Source of the DNA: Candidatus Parcubacteria bacterium
GTDB taxonomy: Bacteria > Patescibacteriota > Patescibacteriia > Patescibacteriales > UBA12465
Direction: 5' to 3'
Assembly: GCA_023444045.1 (NCBI GenBank)
Contig: JAEZRQ010000005.1
Coordinates: 37,726-101,725 of the forward strand
DNA: 64,000 nt
Positions within the stretch are counted from its first letter, which is position 1. Every line of letters begins with the position of its first letter. The notes beneath the pieces are model-generated. The model was not told the DNA's origin. It did not search any database and saw only the letters and a list, made by a program, of their open reading frames with translations. The position numbers were made by a program, and so were the translations under genes. Positions 28,029 through 36,252 of the stretch are shown here, piece by piece.

Positions 28029-28886
28029 TTATTTTTTTGTTGTTAATAATTTCACCAGTGATGTGGCGTTAAAAACTATTTCACCACTTAACCTCCCGCT
28101 GGGAGTTAGAGAGTTTTGTGAGAAGAACTCTTCGCCGAAGTCATTTCTTTTGAAAATAACTATCTTGAAGATTTCCCGGTACCAATCACGGTAGACACCA
28201 AAACCGATGCCACCGCCAAATTCATAATAAGATTTGTCGCGGCCGGCTTCATAGCCATAACCAGCTTTTAAAATCGGCTCAAAGTTTAAACCATCGCCAC
28301 CAATTCGTTTAACCCCACTTTCTAAAGTTATCCTTAAGGATTCTTTATTATAAGGAGTACTTAAAACAAATTGGTCTTTCCAGCTGGCGATAGACTCGCT
28401 TTTTACTGGTTTTTGATAACCAAACATAATTTGGTTATGTCCGAACCAGCCTTTCCAGTCGTCATTGATAACAAATCCGCCGCTTAAAAATAACAAATTA
28501 TTTTTAGACAGTGATTTATAATATGATTCCTGATAAGCATCCTTACTCCAATTCATCCCGGTGTTTAACCAGAAATAATAGGAATAAGTATAGGAAAGAT
28601 GCCCATAGTTATCAATTGAGATACCGGCCTTAATTTCTTCACCTCTTAAAAGAGAAATGAGAGAATTGTCGGTTCCAGTTCTTAGGTTACCATAGGTAAC
28701 ATAGGAAGCGTACGGTCCGACCCGGAAAGTATTTCCGAACATCATTCGCCCTTCAGCGAACCAAAAATCACCTCTGTTTTGAGAGTCAACGGAATTATAT
28801 CCGTAACCCCCAAGGGCAATGACCTCCTGACCCTTAACTGCTAAGGCAAAAGTGGTCAACAAAAAAAGAAAAAAGATTTTTTTCAT
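28029..28886 (-). CDS. Exported Gly/Tyr/aromatic-rich protein, porin-like beta-barrel candidate
   Basis: 285 aa. Signal MKKIFFLFLLTTFALAVKGQE. Alternating aromatic/polar pattern (GYGYEAGRDKSYYEFGGGIGFGVYRDWY). Fold call is by eye only. Confidence 0.65.
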   Translation of the reverse strand: MKKIFFLFLLTTFALAVKGQEVIALGGYGYNSVDSQNRGDFWFAEGRMMFGNTFRVGPYASYVTYGNLRTGTDNSLISLLRGEEIKAGISIDNYGHLSYTYSYYFWLNTGMNWSKDAYQESYYKSLSKNNLLFLSGGFVINDDWKGWFGHNQIMFGYQKPVKSESIASWKDQFVLSTPYNKESLRITLESGVKRIGGDGLNFEPILKAGYGYEAGRDKSYYEFGGGIGFGVYRDWYREIFKIVIFKRNDFGEEFFSQNSLTPSGRLSGEIVFNATSLVKLLTTKK

Positions 28887-28972
28887 TGTTCTATTTTTTA
28901 GTTGTTAATATACGTTTGAAGATTTCAGCCGCGAAATTTCGTTTCGCAACTCAAGTCTTCAGGAAAATAAAC

Positions 28973-30082
28973 TTATTTTCCTAAAACTTTTTGATATAAA
29001 TCTAAAACTCTATCAGTAATTTTTATGGCATCATATTCTTCTTTAACTCTTTGCAGCGCGGCTTCACCTTTTATTTTCATTTCTTCCGGATTATCTAATA
29101 ATGTTTGCAGTTTGCCAGTTAAATCAGCTACGTCTTTGTCTTTAAAGAAAACTCCTGTCTCAGCCAAAGCTTCTTTATTTGACTCAATATCAGACACTAA
29201 ACAAGGTCGGGCATAAGACATTGCTTCAATTAAAGCAAAAGACAAGCCCTCTGACTCTGATGGTTGAACAAAAATAGCTGCGTTGGAAAACAACTCCTTT
29301 AATACCTGTCCACTTTGATTGCCAGTAAAAATAATATTATCGTTACCACTGGCTAAATCATGCAATTCTTTAACATAATCATCGGTGTACGATCCCTCAC
29401 CAACAATTACTAATTTCTTGTCAGTTTTTATATTTTTATAAGCTTCAATTAAATAATGAATGCCTTTGTGCCTGATTAAACGACCAATTGAAACAATATA
29501 ATTATCTTTTTCTAGATTCCATTTTTTAATTTCCTGCGCTTCTACTTGATTGCTAATTTGGGCAGAGGAGGGGATACAAAAAGCTTCATTGTGATATTTG
29601 TCTCTCGCATACTTAGCTAAAGACTCAGAAACAGTAATTACTTCATCGGCTAATTTGTTGCCAATGAATTCACCCAGTCTTAAAGATAGTTTAGCAAAAA
29701 CGCCCCACTTCTTGTGATGGTAATCTTGGCAATGAAAAGTAAAAACAATTTTAGTTTTTGGTTTAATAATCTTTACTAACCACATCAAAATAGCTGGACC
29801 GATTGACTGAAAATGAATAATGTCATAGTCACGACGGACAAGATCTAAAATAGCCAACAGGGTACCAGTAATAGCATCTAAATTTTTAGAAGCAATACTT
29901 TTGGTTGTAATAATCTTTACTCCTTGATATTCAGTTAATTTTTCAGTGTTGTAGCTATTTCTAGAATAAACAAAAACCTCGTGGCCCTTTTTAACCATGT
30001 TCAGTGCTAAGTTTTCGGTGTAACGTTCTACGCCACCAGTCTTAGTCGGTATTCCTTTTTGCCCAATAAAAGCGATTTTCAT
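28973..30082 (-). CDS. Glycosyltransferase family 4 (GT-B)
   Basis: 369 aa. MKIAFIGQKGIPTKTGGVERYTENLA and FVQPSESEGLSFALIEAMSYARPCLVSD. Confidence 0.85.
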   Translation of the reverse strand: MKIAFIGQKGIPTKTGGVERYTENLALNMVKKGHEVFVYSRNSYNTEKLTEYQGVKIITTKSIASKNLDAITGTLLAILDLVRRDYDIIHFQSIGPAILMWLVKIIKPKTKIVFTFHCQDYHHKKWGVFAKLSLRLGEFIGNKLADEVITVSESLAKYARDKYHNEAFCIPSSAQISNQVEAQEIKKWNLEKDNYIVSIGRLIRHKGIHYLIEAYKNIKTDKKLVIVGEGSYTDDYVKELHDLASGNDNIIFTGNQSGQVLKELFSNAAIFVQPSESEGLSFALIEAMSYARPCLVSDIESNKEALAETGVFFKDKDVADLTGKLQTLLDNPEEMKIKGEAALQRVKEEYDAIKITDRVLDLYQKVLGK

Positions 30083-30100
30083 ATTTGTAGTTGACTTTTA

Positions 30101-30162
30101 ATATTAAAATTTTAACATTATTTTGTCAATAGAATTATATAATATTTTCTATCTTTTGTCAA
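30101..30162 (-). promoter_or_regulatory. Two tandem consensus promoters for the GT4 gene
   Basis: Minus strand: TTGACA (30129-30124)-17-TAATAT (30106-30101), and TTGACA (30162-30157)-17-TATAAT (30139-30134). On the plus strand these appear as a repeated TTTTGTCAATAGA. Confidence 0.65.
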
Positions 30163-30231
30163 TAGAGAGCTAATAGAAAAATATTAGCTAAAAATTAAGC
30201 AAAATCAGCTTATTTTTAAGTTTTATTTATT

Positions 30232-30260
30232 TTGACTAAAAGCTTTTTTTGTAATAAAAT
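30232..30260 (+). promoter_or_regulatory. Promoter of the WecG-NUDIX/gltX operon
   Basis: TTGACT (30232-30237), a 17-nt spacer, then TAAAAT (30255-30260). Confidence 0.55.
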
Positions 30261-30269
30261 AAGCAATAT

Positions 30270-31457
30270 ATGGCTAAAATATTAGGGGTAAAAATATCAG
30301 AAATTCCAAAAGACCAGCTAAACCACGAGTTGGACCTTTTTTTATCGGGAAGTGCTAGCAAATTTATTAGCACTCCAAACCCAGAAATTATTTTAAAAGC
30401 AATTAAAGATGAGGAGTATTTCTATATTCTCAATTCTTGCGACCTTAATTTAGCTGACGGATTCGGCTTAGTCTTAGCCGGTAAGCTGCAAGGTAAAAAA
30501 ATCCCCCGAATTACCGGATCTGACTTAACACCGGTTTTACTTCAAAAAGCTCAAGAAAAAAAACTAAAGGTGTTAATTATTTCTTGGAATAAGGGACTAT
30601 CAACTGCTGCTGAAATTAAAGAAGGAATAATTAATAAATATCCTAACTTAGAACTAGAGATTTTAGAGATTGAGAAAAAAGATACTCTATCTGAAAATGA
30701 GACAGTTGTGATTAATAACTTTTCTCCTCAAATTATCTTTGTTACTATTGGCGCTCCTGATCAAGAAAAATTAATCGCTCATGAGTTAAAAAATTGGCCT
30801 AGTGTCAGGTTAGCGATTGGGGTTGGAGGTTCTTTTGATTTTCTAATCGGTAAAATAAAACGAGCACCAAAATTAATGAGAAGTCTTGGCTTAGAATGGT
30901 TGTGGCGAGTTTTTTCGCAACCCCAACAGCGCTTAAAAAGACTGAAAAGAATTTGGCAAGCAACGATTGTCTTTTCTTTAAAAATAATTCAGTATAATTT
31001 TATTAGACCCTTTTTCTACCGACCAAATGTAGTTATTATGGCCTATAAAAAAAGTGCTGAAGGTGTTAAAATACTAACACTAGAAAGAGAAGACGAGCCT
31101 GGCCATTGGCAGCTACCACAAGGGGGAACTGATGGTGAAGAACTAAAATTAGCAGCAAGAAGAGAATTAAGAGAAGAACTTGGCACTGATAATTTTGAAA
31201 TTAAATTTGCTTTTAAAAACGTATATCGCTACAAATTTGGTGAAATTCCGTCTAATAGATTTAGCGGCTACAAAGGGCAGAAACAAAGTTTAGTAATCGC
31301 CGAATTTACTGGCGAAGATCGGGAGATAAAAATAAATTATTGGGACCACCGTGCTTGGCGTTGGAATGAGGCTCATAAATTAATAGACAGTCTTCATCCT
31401 TGTCGCCAGACAGGAGCTAAAATATTTTTAACAAAATTTAATCAATATATAAAATAA
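30270..31457 (+). CDS. Fusion protein: WecG/TagA/CpsF-family glycosyltransferase (GT26) plus C-terminal NUDIX hydrolase
   Basis: 395 aa. N-terminal TPNPEIILKA...LNLADGFGLV...GAPDQEKLI...GVGGSFDFLIGKIKRAPKLMRSLGLEWLWRV. C-terminal Nudix box GGTDGEELKLAARRELREELG. Confidence 0.85.
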   Translation: MAKILGVKISEIPKDQLNHELDLFLSGSASKFISTPNPEIILKAIKDEEYFYILNSCDLNLADGFGLVLAGKLQGKKIPRITGSDLTPVLLQKAQEKKLKVLIISWNKGLSTAAEIKEGIINKYPNLELEILEIEKKDTLSENETVVINNFSPQIIFVTIGAPDQEKLIAHELKNWPSVRLAIGVGGSFDFLIGKIKRAPKLMRSLGLEWLWRVFSQPQQRLKRLKRIWQATIVFSLKIIQYNFIRPFFYRPNVVIMAYKKSAEGVKILTLEREDEPGHWQLPQGGTDGEELKLAARRELREELGTDNFEIKFAFKNVYRYKFGEIPSNRFSGYKGQKQSLVIAEFTGEDREIKINYWDHRAWRWNEAHKLIDSLHPCRQTGAKIFLTKFNQYIK

Positions 31458-31459
31458 AT

Positions 31460-32905
31460 ATGTCAGAAATTAGATTAAGATTTGCCCCTTCGCCCACCGG
31501 TTTTTTACACATCGGTAATTTTCGCGTGGCTTTGTTTGATTATTTAATTGCTAAAAATTTACAAGGAAAACTAATCTTGCGAATTGAAGATACCGATCAA
31601 AAAAGAGAAGTAGCTGGGGCGACAGAAAAATTAATTGAGGTCTTAGAGAAGTTTAATCTTAGATTTGATGAAGGTCCTCATGTCGGCGGCGATTTTGGAC
31701 CTTATATCCAAAGCCAACGCCTAGATATTTATAAAAAATACTATAACCAACTCCTAGAAGAGGGGAAAGCTTATCGTTGTTTTTGCAGCGAAGAGAGGCT
31801 TGAAGAAATGAGAAGTGAACAAGAGAAAAATAAACTAGCCCCCAAGTATGATTTACATTGTCGTAATTTAAGTACTGAAGAAAGTGATAGACGCGCTCAA
31901 AGTGGCGAACCGTTTGTTATTAGACAAAAAATGCCACTTGAAGGAAAAATAGAAGTTTATGATGAATTAAAAGGCAAGATAGTCTTTGATGCTAAAGATT
32001 TAGATGACCAGGTCCTCATTAAATCAAATGGTGTCCCCACTTATCAATTTGCCAACGTAGTTGATGATCATTTGATGAAAATCTCTCATGTGACTCGTGG
32101 CGATGAATGGCTGTCATCTTTTCCTAAAAATATTTTGCTCTACCAGGCCTTTGGTTGGGAAGCGCCAAAGTTTATCCACCTACCGCTTATTTTAAACAAA
32201 GAGGGTGGCGGAAAACTCTCAAAAAGAAAGGGCGATGTTTTTGTGGAAGATTTTCTAAATAAAGGCTATCTGCCGGAAGCTTTAATTAATTTTTGTGCTT
32301 TGCTGGGCTGGCACCCTAAGGGTGATAATGAAATCCTATCCCTGGAAGAGTTAATTAAAGAATTCTTTATTGCCGGTATCGGCACTTCACCGGCTGTTTT
32401 TGATATTGAAAAATTAAATTATTATAATGGCTATTATATTAGAAATAAAAAGCTGGAGGATTTAATTAATCTTTGTGAGCCATATTTAAGTGATTATAAT
32501 TTAGACGGCAAACATCTTGATCGCATCATCGCTGTTAGCAGCGACCGTCTAAAGGTTTTAGAAGAGATAAAAAATAATACCGCTTTCTTTTTTAATGATC
32601 TAAAATACAATAAAGAACTTTTAGCTTGGAAAGATTTAAGTTTAGAAAATATTAAAAATAATCTTACAGAAATAATTGCTATTTTAGAAAACATCAAAGA
32701 AGAGCAGTGGACTAAAGAAAATTTAGAAGAGGAAGTTTTCATGTATTTAAAAAATAACGAAAAGAAAAATGGCGACTACCTTTGGCCGTGGCGAGTAGCG
32801 GTGACCGGTGAAAAAAATAGTCCCAGCCCTTTTGAGGTATCTTGGGCACTTGGCAAAGAAGAAACTTTAAAAAGATTAAATGCGGCAATAGTATTATTAG
32901 CCTAA
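31460..32905 (+). CDS. gltX: Glutamyl-tRNA synthetase
   Basis: 481 aa. RFAPSPTGFLHIGN (HIGH) and KLSKRKG (KMSKS). Confidence 0.93.
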   Translation: MSEIRLRFAPSPTGFLHIGNFRVALFDYLIAKNLQGKLILRIEDTDQKREVAGATEKLIEVLEKFNLRFDEGPHVGGDFGPYIQSQRLDIYKKYYNQLLEEGKAYRCFCSEERLEEMRSEQEKNKLAPKYDLHCRNLSTEESDRRAQSGEPFVIRQKMPLEGKIEVYDELKGKIVFDAKDLDDQVLIKSNGVPTYQFANVVDDHLMKISHVTRGDEWLSSFPKNILLYQAFGWEAPKFIHLPLILNKEGGGKLSKRKGDVFVEDFLNKGYLPEALINFCALLGWHPKGDNEILSLEELIKEFFIAGIGTSPAVFDIEKLNYYNGYYIRNKKLEDLINLCEPYLSDYNLDGKHLDRIIAVSSDRLKVLEEIKNNTAFFFNDLKYNKELLAWKDLSLENIKNNLTEIIAILENIKEEQWTKENLEEEVFMYLKNNEKKNGDYLWPWRVAVTGEKNSPSPFEVSWALGKEETLKRLNAAIVLLA

Positions 32906-32909
32906 TCAT

Positions 32910-33878
32910 ATGAATTTTAATAATAAAATTTGGTTAAAGATACGATTAGTTATTTTTTTTCTGCTTATTTTTCTAACTGGGCTTTACTTAGGAATTATTA
33001 TTGAAAAAGATGGGGACCAAAAAAAAGAACGCCATGAAACCGGTTATTCTCTTATCAGCCCCTTACTTGAATGTTACACTCAGAAATCAGACGCCCCAGA
33101 AAACACCAGAATTCAAAAAAAAGTTGAACAGGTTATTGATGAAAAGACGCACAACGGTAGTATAACTAATGCTTCAGTCTATTTTAGAGACTTAGGAAAT
33201 GGTCCCTGGTTTGGTATCAATGAAGACGAAAAATTTACCCCAGCTAGCTTACTAAAAGTTTCTATTTTAATTTCTTATTACAAAATGATTGAAGACAATC
33301 CTAGCCTCCTGGATAACAAATTCCTGGCTGAAGACGATTACATCCCATCAGCGACACAAAACATAATGCCAACCAGAGAAATAGAAGTTGGTAAGGAATA
33401 TTCAGTTAAAGAGCTACTTGACTTAATGATTACCGAATCAAGTAATCATGCCACTCAAATATTATTAAAATCATTACCAGAATCTCAAGTTAATGAAACT
33501 TATTTGGATTTGGGAATTGAAATACCAAGCCTTCAAAATACGGAAAATTACATGTCAGTAAAAGATTACTCTTCTTTCTTCCGCGTTCTTTATAATGCTT
33601 CATATCTAAATAAGCAATATTCTGAAGAAGCTTTAGAATTATTAAGTCGGTCTAAGTATAAAAAAGCTTTAGTAGCCGGTTTGCCGGAAGACGTTTTAGT
33701 GGCTCACAAATTTGGGGAGAGGGAATACAATGGTTTAAAACAACTACATGACTGTGGTATTATTTATAAACAAGATAAAAATTATCTCTTATGTGTAATG
33801 ACTAGGGGGAAAGATTTTAATACTTTATCTTCTGTTATTAAAGATATCTCCAAAATTGTTTTTGATAATGTGCACTAG
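32910..33878 (+). CDS. Membrane-anchored class A beta-lactamase-like serine hydrolase
   Basis: 322 aa. N-terminal TM. SLLK (SxxK), ESSNH (SxN-like) and HKFGE (KTG-like) motifs in the expected order. Confidence 0.65.
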   Translation: MNFNNKIWLKIRLVIFFLLIFLTGLYLGIIIEKDGDQKKERHETGYSLISPLLECYTQKSDAPENTRIQKKVEQVIDEKTHNGSITNASVYFRDLGNGPWFGINEDEKFTPASLLKVSILISYYKMIEDNPSLLDNKFLAEDDYIPSATQNIMPTREIEVGKEYSVKELLDLMITESSNHATQILLKSLPESQVNETYLDLGIEIPSLQNTENYMSVKDYSSFFRVLYNASYLNKQYSEEALELLSRSKYKKALVAGLPEDVLVAHKFGEREYNGLKQLHDCGIIYKQDKNYLLCVMTRGKDFNTLSSVIKDISKIVFDNVH

Positions 33879-33879
33879 T

Positions 33880-33908
33880 TTTACATAAACTCTAAAAAAT
33901 GTTATAAT
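33880..33908 (+). promoter_or_regulatory. Promoter placing the TSS at or near the ATG of the M23 peptidase gene (leaderless candidate)
   Basis: TTTACA (33880-33885), a 17-nt spacer, then TGtTATAAT (TATAAT 33903-33908). The ATG at 33915 is the 7th nt after the -10 box. Confidence 0.5.
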
Positions 33909-33914
33909 TGTTTC

Positions 33915-35135
33915 ATGAAGAAAATAAAAATTATTATCATTTTAATACTTTTAGGAGGACTAATTGGTAACTCCTCTGTTTTTGGTCAAAATGGCGCTAT
34001 TGATGAAGAAATACAAGCTTTAAATAATCAAATTCAAGAACAAAAAAAACAAATTGATAGTATCACAGAAAGGCAAAAAGCTTATCAAGAAGCTATTTCC
34101 CGCGCTCAAAAAGATAAGAACAGTCTTCTTAATCAATTATCAATTTTAGAAAACCGAGCGGCTAAGCTGGAGTTAGATATTGATAGTACTAATATTAATA
34201 TTGACAAAACTAATCTAGAAATTAGAAAGATTCAGCTTGATATTGAAAATGTTGATTTGGAAATAGAGAACGAAAAACAGCATATCGCTAATTTACTAAG
34301 AATGATCTACAAACAAGACCAGGTTTCTACCATTGAAATGCTGCTACTTAATTCTTCTTTGTCGGATTTCCTTAGTCAAGCTAAATACTTGGAAAATACC
34401 AATGATAAAATTAAAGAAAGTTTAGGGGTCTTAGAGGTAAAAAAAGATCAATTAGGCAAAAGTAAAGAAAATTTAGAAATAAAAAATAAAGAACTGCTTG
34501 CCTTAAAAGAAGAACTAGAAAAGAAAGTTAGCAGCTTGGAGTATGAGCAACAAAGTAAATCAATTATTCTAGAGGAAACTAAATCATCAGAAGCCCAATA
34601 TCAAAGTTTACTAGCAAAAGCAAAAAAAGAAATGCAGCAAGCAGAAGCTGAAATCAGTAGCTTAGAAAAAACTATCAGACAGAAAATGTCTGAAAAAGAT
34701 AAAACAAAACTAGAAAGTGGCTCCAGTGAACTCGCTTGGCCAGTGCCAAAAAATGTCATCACTACTTCTTTCAATGACCCCGATTATCCATATCGCAAGA
34801 TAATTGGTGAACATGCCGCTATTGATATCAGGGCAGCCCAAGGAACAACCTTAAGAGCAGCTGGCGATGGTTATGTCGCTCGTGTAAAATTTGATGGTAA
34901 CACCAACTATGCCTATATTATGATTATTCATAGTGGTGGCCTTTCTACTGTCTACGGACACGTCTCGGCCGTTAGCGTGGCGGTTGATGATTACGTCAAA
35001 AGAGGTGATGTTATTGGTAGAACAGGTGGTTATCCGCGTACAGTTGGTGCTGGTGCCTTTACTACGGGACCGCACCTTCATTTTGAAGTTAGAAAAGATG
35101 GAATTCCAGTAAATCCATTAAACTACTTGCCATAA
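33915..35135 (+). CDS. M23 family metallopeptidase with N-terminal coiled coil (EnvC-like)
   Basis: 406 aa. Signal peptide, long Q/E/K-rich coiled coil, and C-terminal HAAIDI...GHVS...GPHLHFEVRKDGIPVNPLNYL. Confidence 0.88.
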   Translation: MKKIKIIIILILLGGLIGNSSVFGQNGAIDEEIQALNNQIQEQKKQIDSITERQKAYQEAISRAQKDKNSLLNQLSILENRAAKLELDIDSTNINIDKTNLEIRKIQLDIENVDLEIENEKQHIANLLRMIYKQDQVSTIEMLLLNSSLSDFLSQAKYLENTNDKIKESLGVLEVKKDQLGKSKENLEIKNKELLALKEELEKKVSSLEYEQQSKSIILEETKSSEAQYQSLLAKAKKEMQQAEAEISSLEKTIRQKMSEKDKTKLESGSSELAWPVPKNVITTSFNDPDYPYRKIIGEHAAIDIRAAQGTTLRAAGDGYVARVKFDGNTNYAYIMIIHSGGLSTVYGHVSAVSVAVDDYVKRGDVIGRTGGYPRTVGAGAFTTGPHLHFEVRKDGIPVNPLNYLP

Positions 35136-35140
35136 GAACA

Positions 35141-35180
35141 AAAACAATTAAGGGCCCCTGTAAGGGGCCCTTAATTTTTA
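35141..35180. terminator. Bidirectional terminator between convergent genes
   Basis: 11-bp stem TTAAGGGCCCC-TGTAA-GGGGCCCTTAA with flanking A-rich and T-rich runs. Confidence 0.85.
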
Positions 35181-36119
35181 TTAATCTTTAAGTGGATGAA
35201 ACTGCTTCTGCGCTTTTCTGGCATAATTATCCGAAGCATGAACGTAACGCGTAGTAGTTTCTAGTGATTCATGGCCCAGAAGCACTTGAATTGCCGCCGG
35301 GTTAGCACCGGCCTCGGCTAAATAGGTAGCAAAGCCGTGACGTAATGAGTGAGCCGAAATCGGTAAATTAATATCTAACAACTCCCGATATTTTTTTATT
35401 TTATCTTGTAAATAAACGGGAGAAATTTTCTTTTCTTTCTCGGTCGCATTTTGACCGCGGTAGGGAATAAAAGCAAATGGGGAAGAGTCAGTTCTGGTTT
35501 TTAGATAAGCCTCCAGGTGAGTCTTAGCTCGTGGCGTTAAATAAACAAAGCGTTCTTTCTTACCTTTTCCTAAAACAAAAATTCGCCCCTCCTTATCAAT
35601 CTGTTTAATCTTTAAGTTAATCAGTTCAGAAATTCTCATCCCAGTAGAGAAGAGGACTTCCAACATTGCCCGGTTGCGCAGGGCGATAATTGGGTTCTTT
35701 TCAAAGCTTGAGGGAAATTGCAATAATTTTATAAATTCGTCAAGTTCGGCAATTTGGGCGTTTTTTCTAATAGTTTTAATCATTTTGACCGTATCAGGGG
35801 CAATAGTTAAAGGGAAGTCCATTTCAATTAAATACCGGAGGTAAGAGCGTAAAACAGACAGCATGCGGTTAATTGAGTAAGCATTCAGTCTAACCTTACC
35901 ATCTTGAGCTAAAGCGGTCTTACGGTCACTAGAAGTTAAAAAGGCTTTGTAGTTTAAGATATCTTTCTTAGATAATTTTCCAAAATCAATCCCATTATCA
36001 AATAAAAAATCCTCAAAAACTTTGAGATCTCGTTCATAATTATAATAGGTTTCAGGAGAGTAGTTGTTAACCTTTAAATTAAGCAAAAACTCATCAAAGA
36101 GGGGTAAAGACTGGGCCAT
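35181..36119 (-). CDS. Tyrosine recombinase, XerC/XerD-like
   Basis: 312 aa. N-terminal SAM-like domain. Catalytic region ...RISEL...HSLRHGFATYLAEAGANPAAIQVLLGHESLETTTRYVH (R..HxxR..H..Y). Confidence 0.85.
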   Translation of the reverse strand: MAQSLPLFDEFLLNLKVNNYSPETYYNYERDLKVFEDFLFDNGIDFGKLSKKDILNYKAFLTSSDRKTALAQDGKVRLNAYSINRMLSVLRSYLRYLIEMDFPLTIAPDTVKMIKTIRKNAQIAELDEFIKLLQFPSSFEKNPIIALRNRAMLEVLFSTGMRISELINLKIKQIDKEGRIFVLGKGKKERFVYLTPRAKTHLEAYLKTRTDSSPFAFIPYRGQNATEKEKKISPVYLQDKIKKYRELLDINLPISAHSLRHGFATYLAEAGANPAAIQVLLGHESLETTTRYVHASDNYARKAQKQFHPLKD

Positions 36120-36202
36120 AAGGTGAATAACTTTAGCTTAAATATAACTGAGTATAATATCTCTTACACTTATATTATAGCATAAATAAAGTATACCTAG
36201 CA

Positions 36203-36238
36203 AGAACAAAAAGGAACCCCAAAAATGGGGTTCCTAGC
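36203..36238 (-). terminator. Intrinsic terminator ending the long minus-strand gene array
   Basis: AGGAACCCC-AAAAAT-GGGGTTCCT, followed on the minus strand by TTTTGTTCTTG. Confidence 0.8.
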
Positions 36239-36252
36239 TGAAAAGACGATAA

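Noticed and set aside
27565-28194. Cluster of four overlapping short ORFs (27565..27843, 27743..27976, 27771..27998, 27964..28194)
   Set aside because: All overlap the longer, signal-bearing ORFs 27111..28022 and 28029..28886. Locally higher GC reduces stop-codon density, which explains them.
36140-36190. AT-rich inverted repeat TATAATAT-N11-ATATTATA upstream of the Xer-like recombinase, considered as a dif-like site
   Set aside because: It shows only loose resemblance to known dif arms (..ATAA-N6-TTATG..). It overlaps the likely -10 region, so it is more simply promoter or operator sequence. A dif site cannot be asserted without comparative data.
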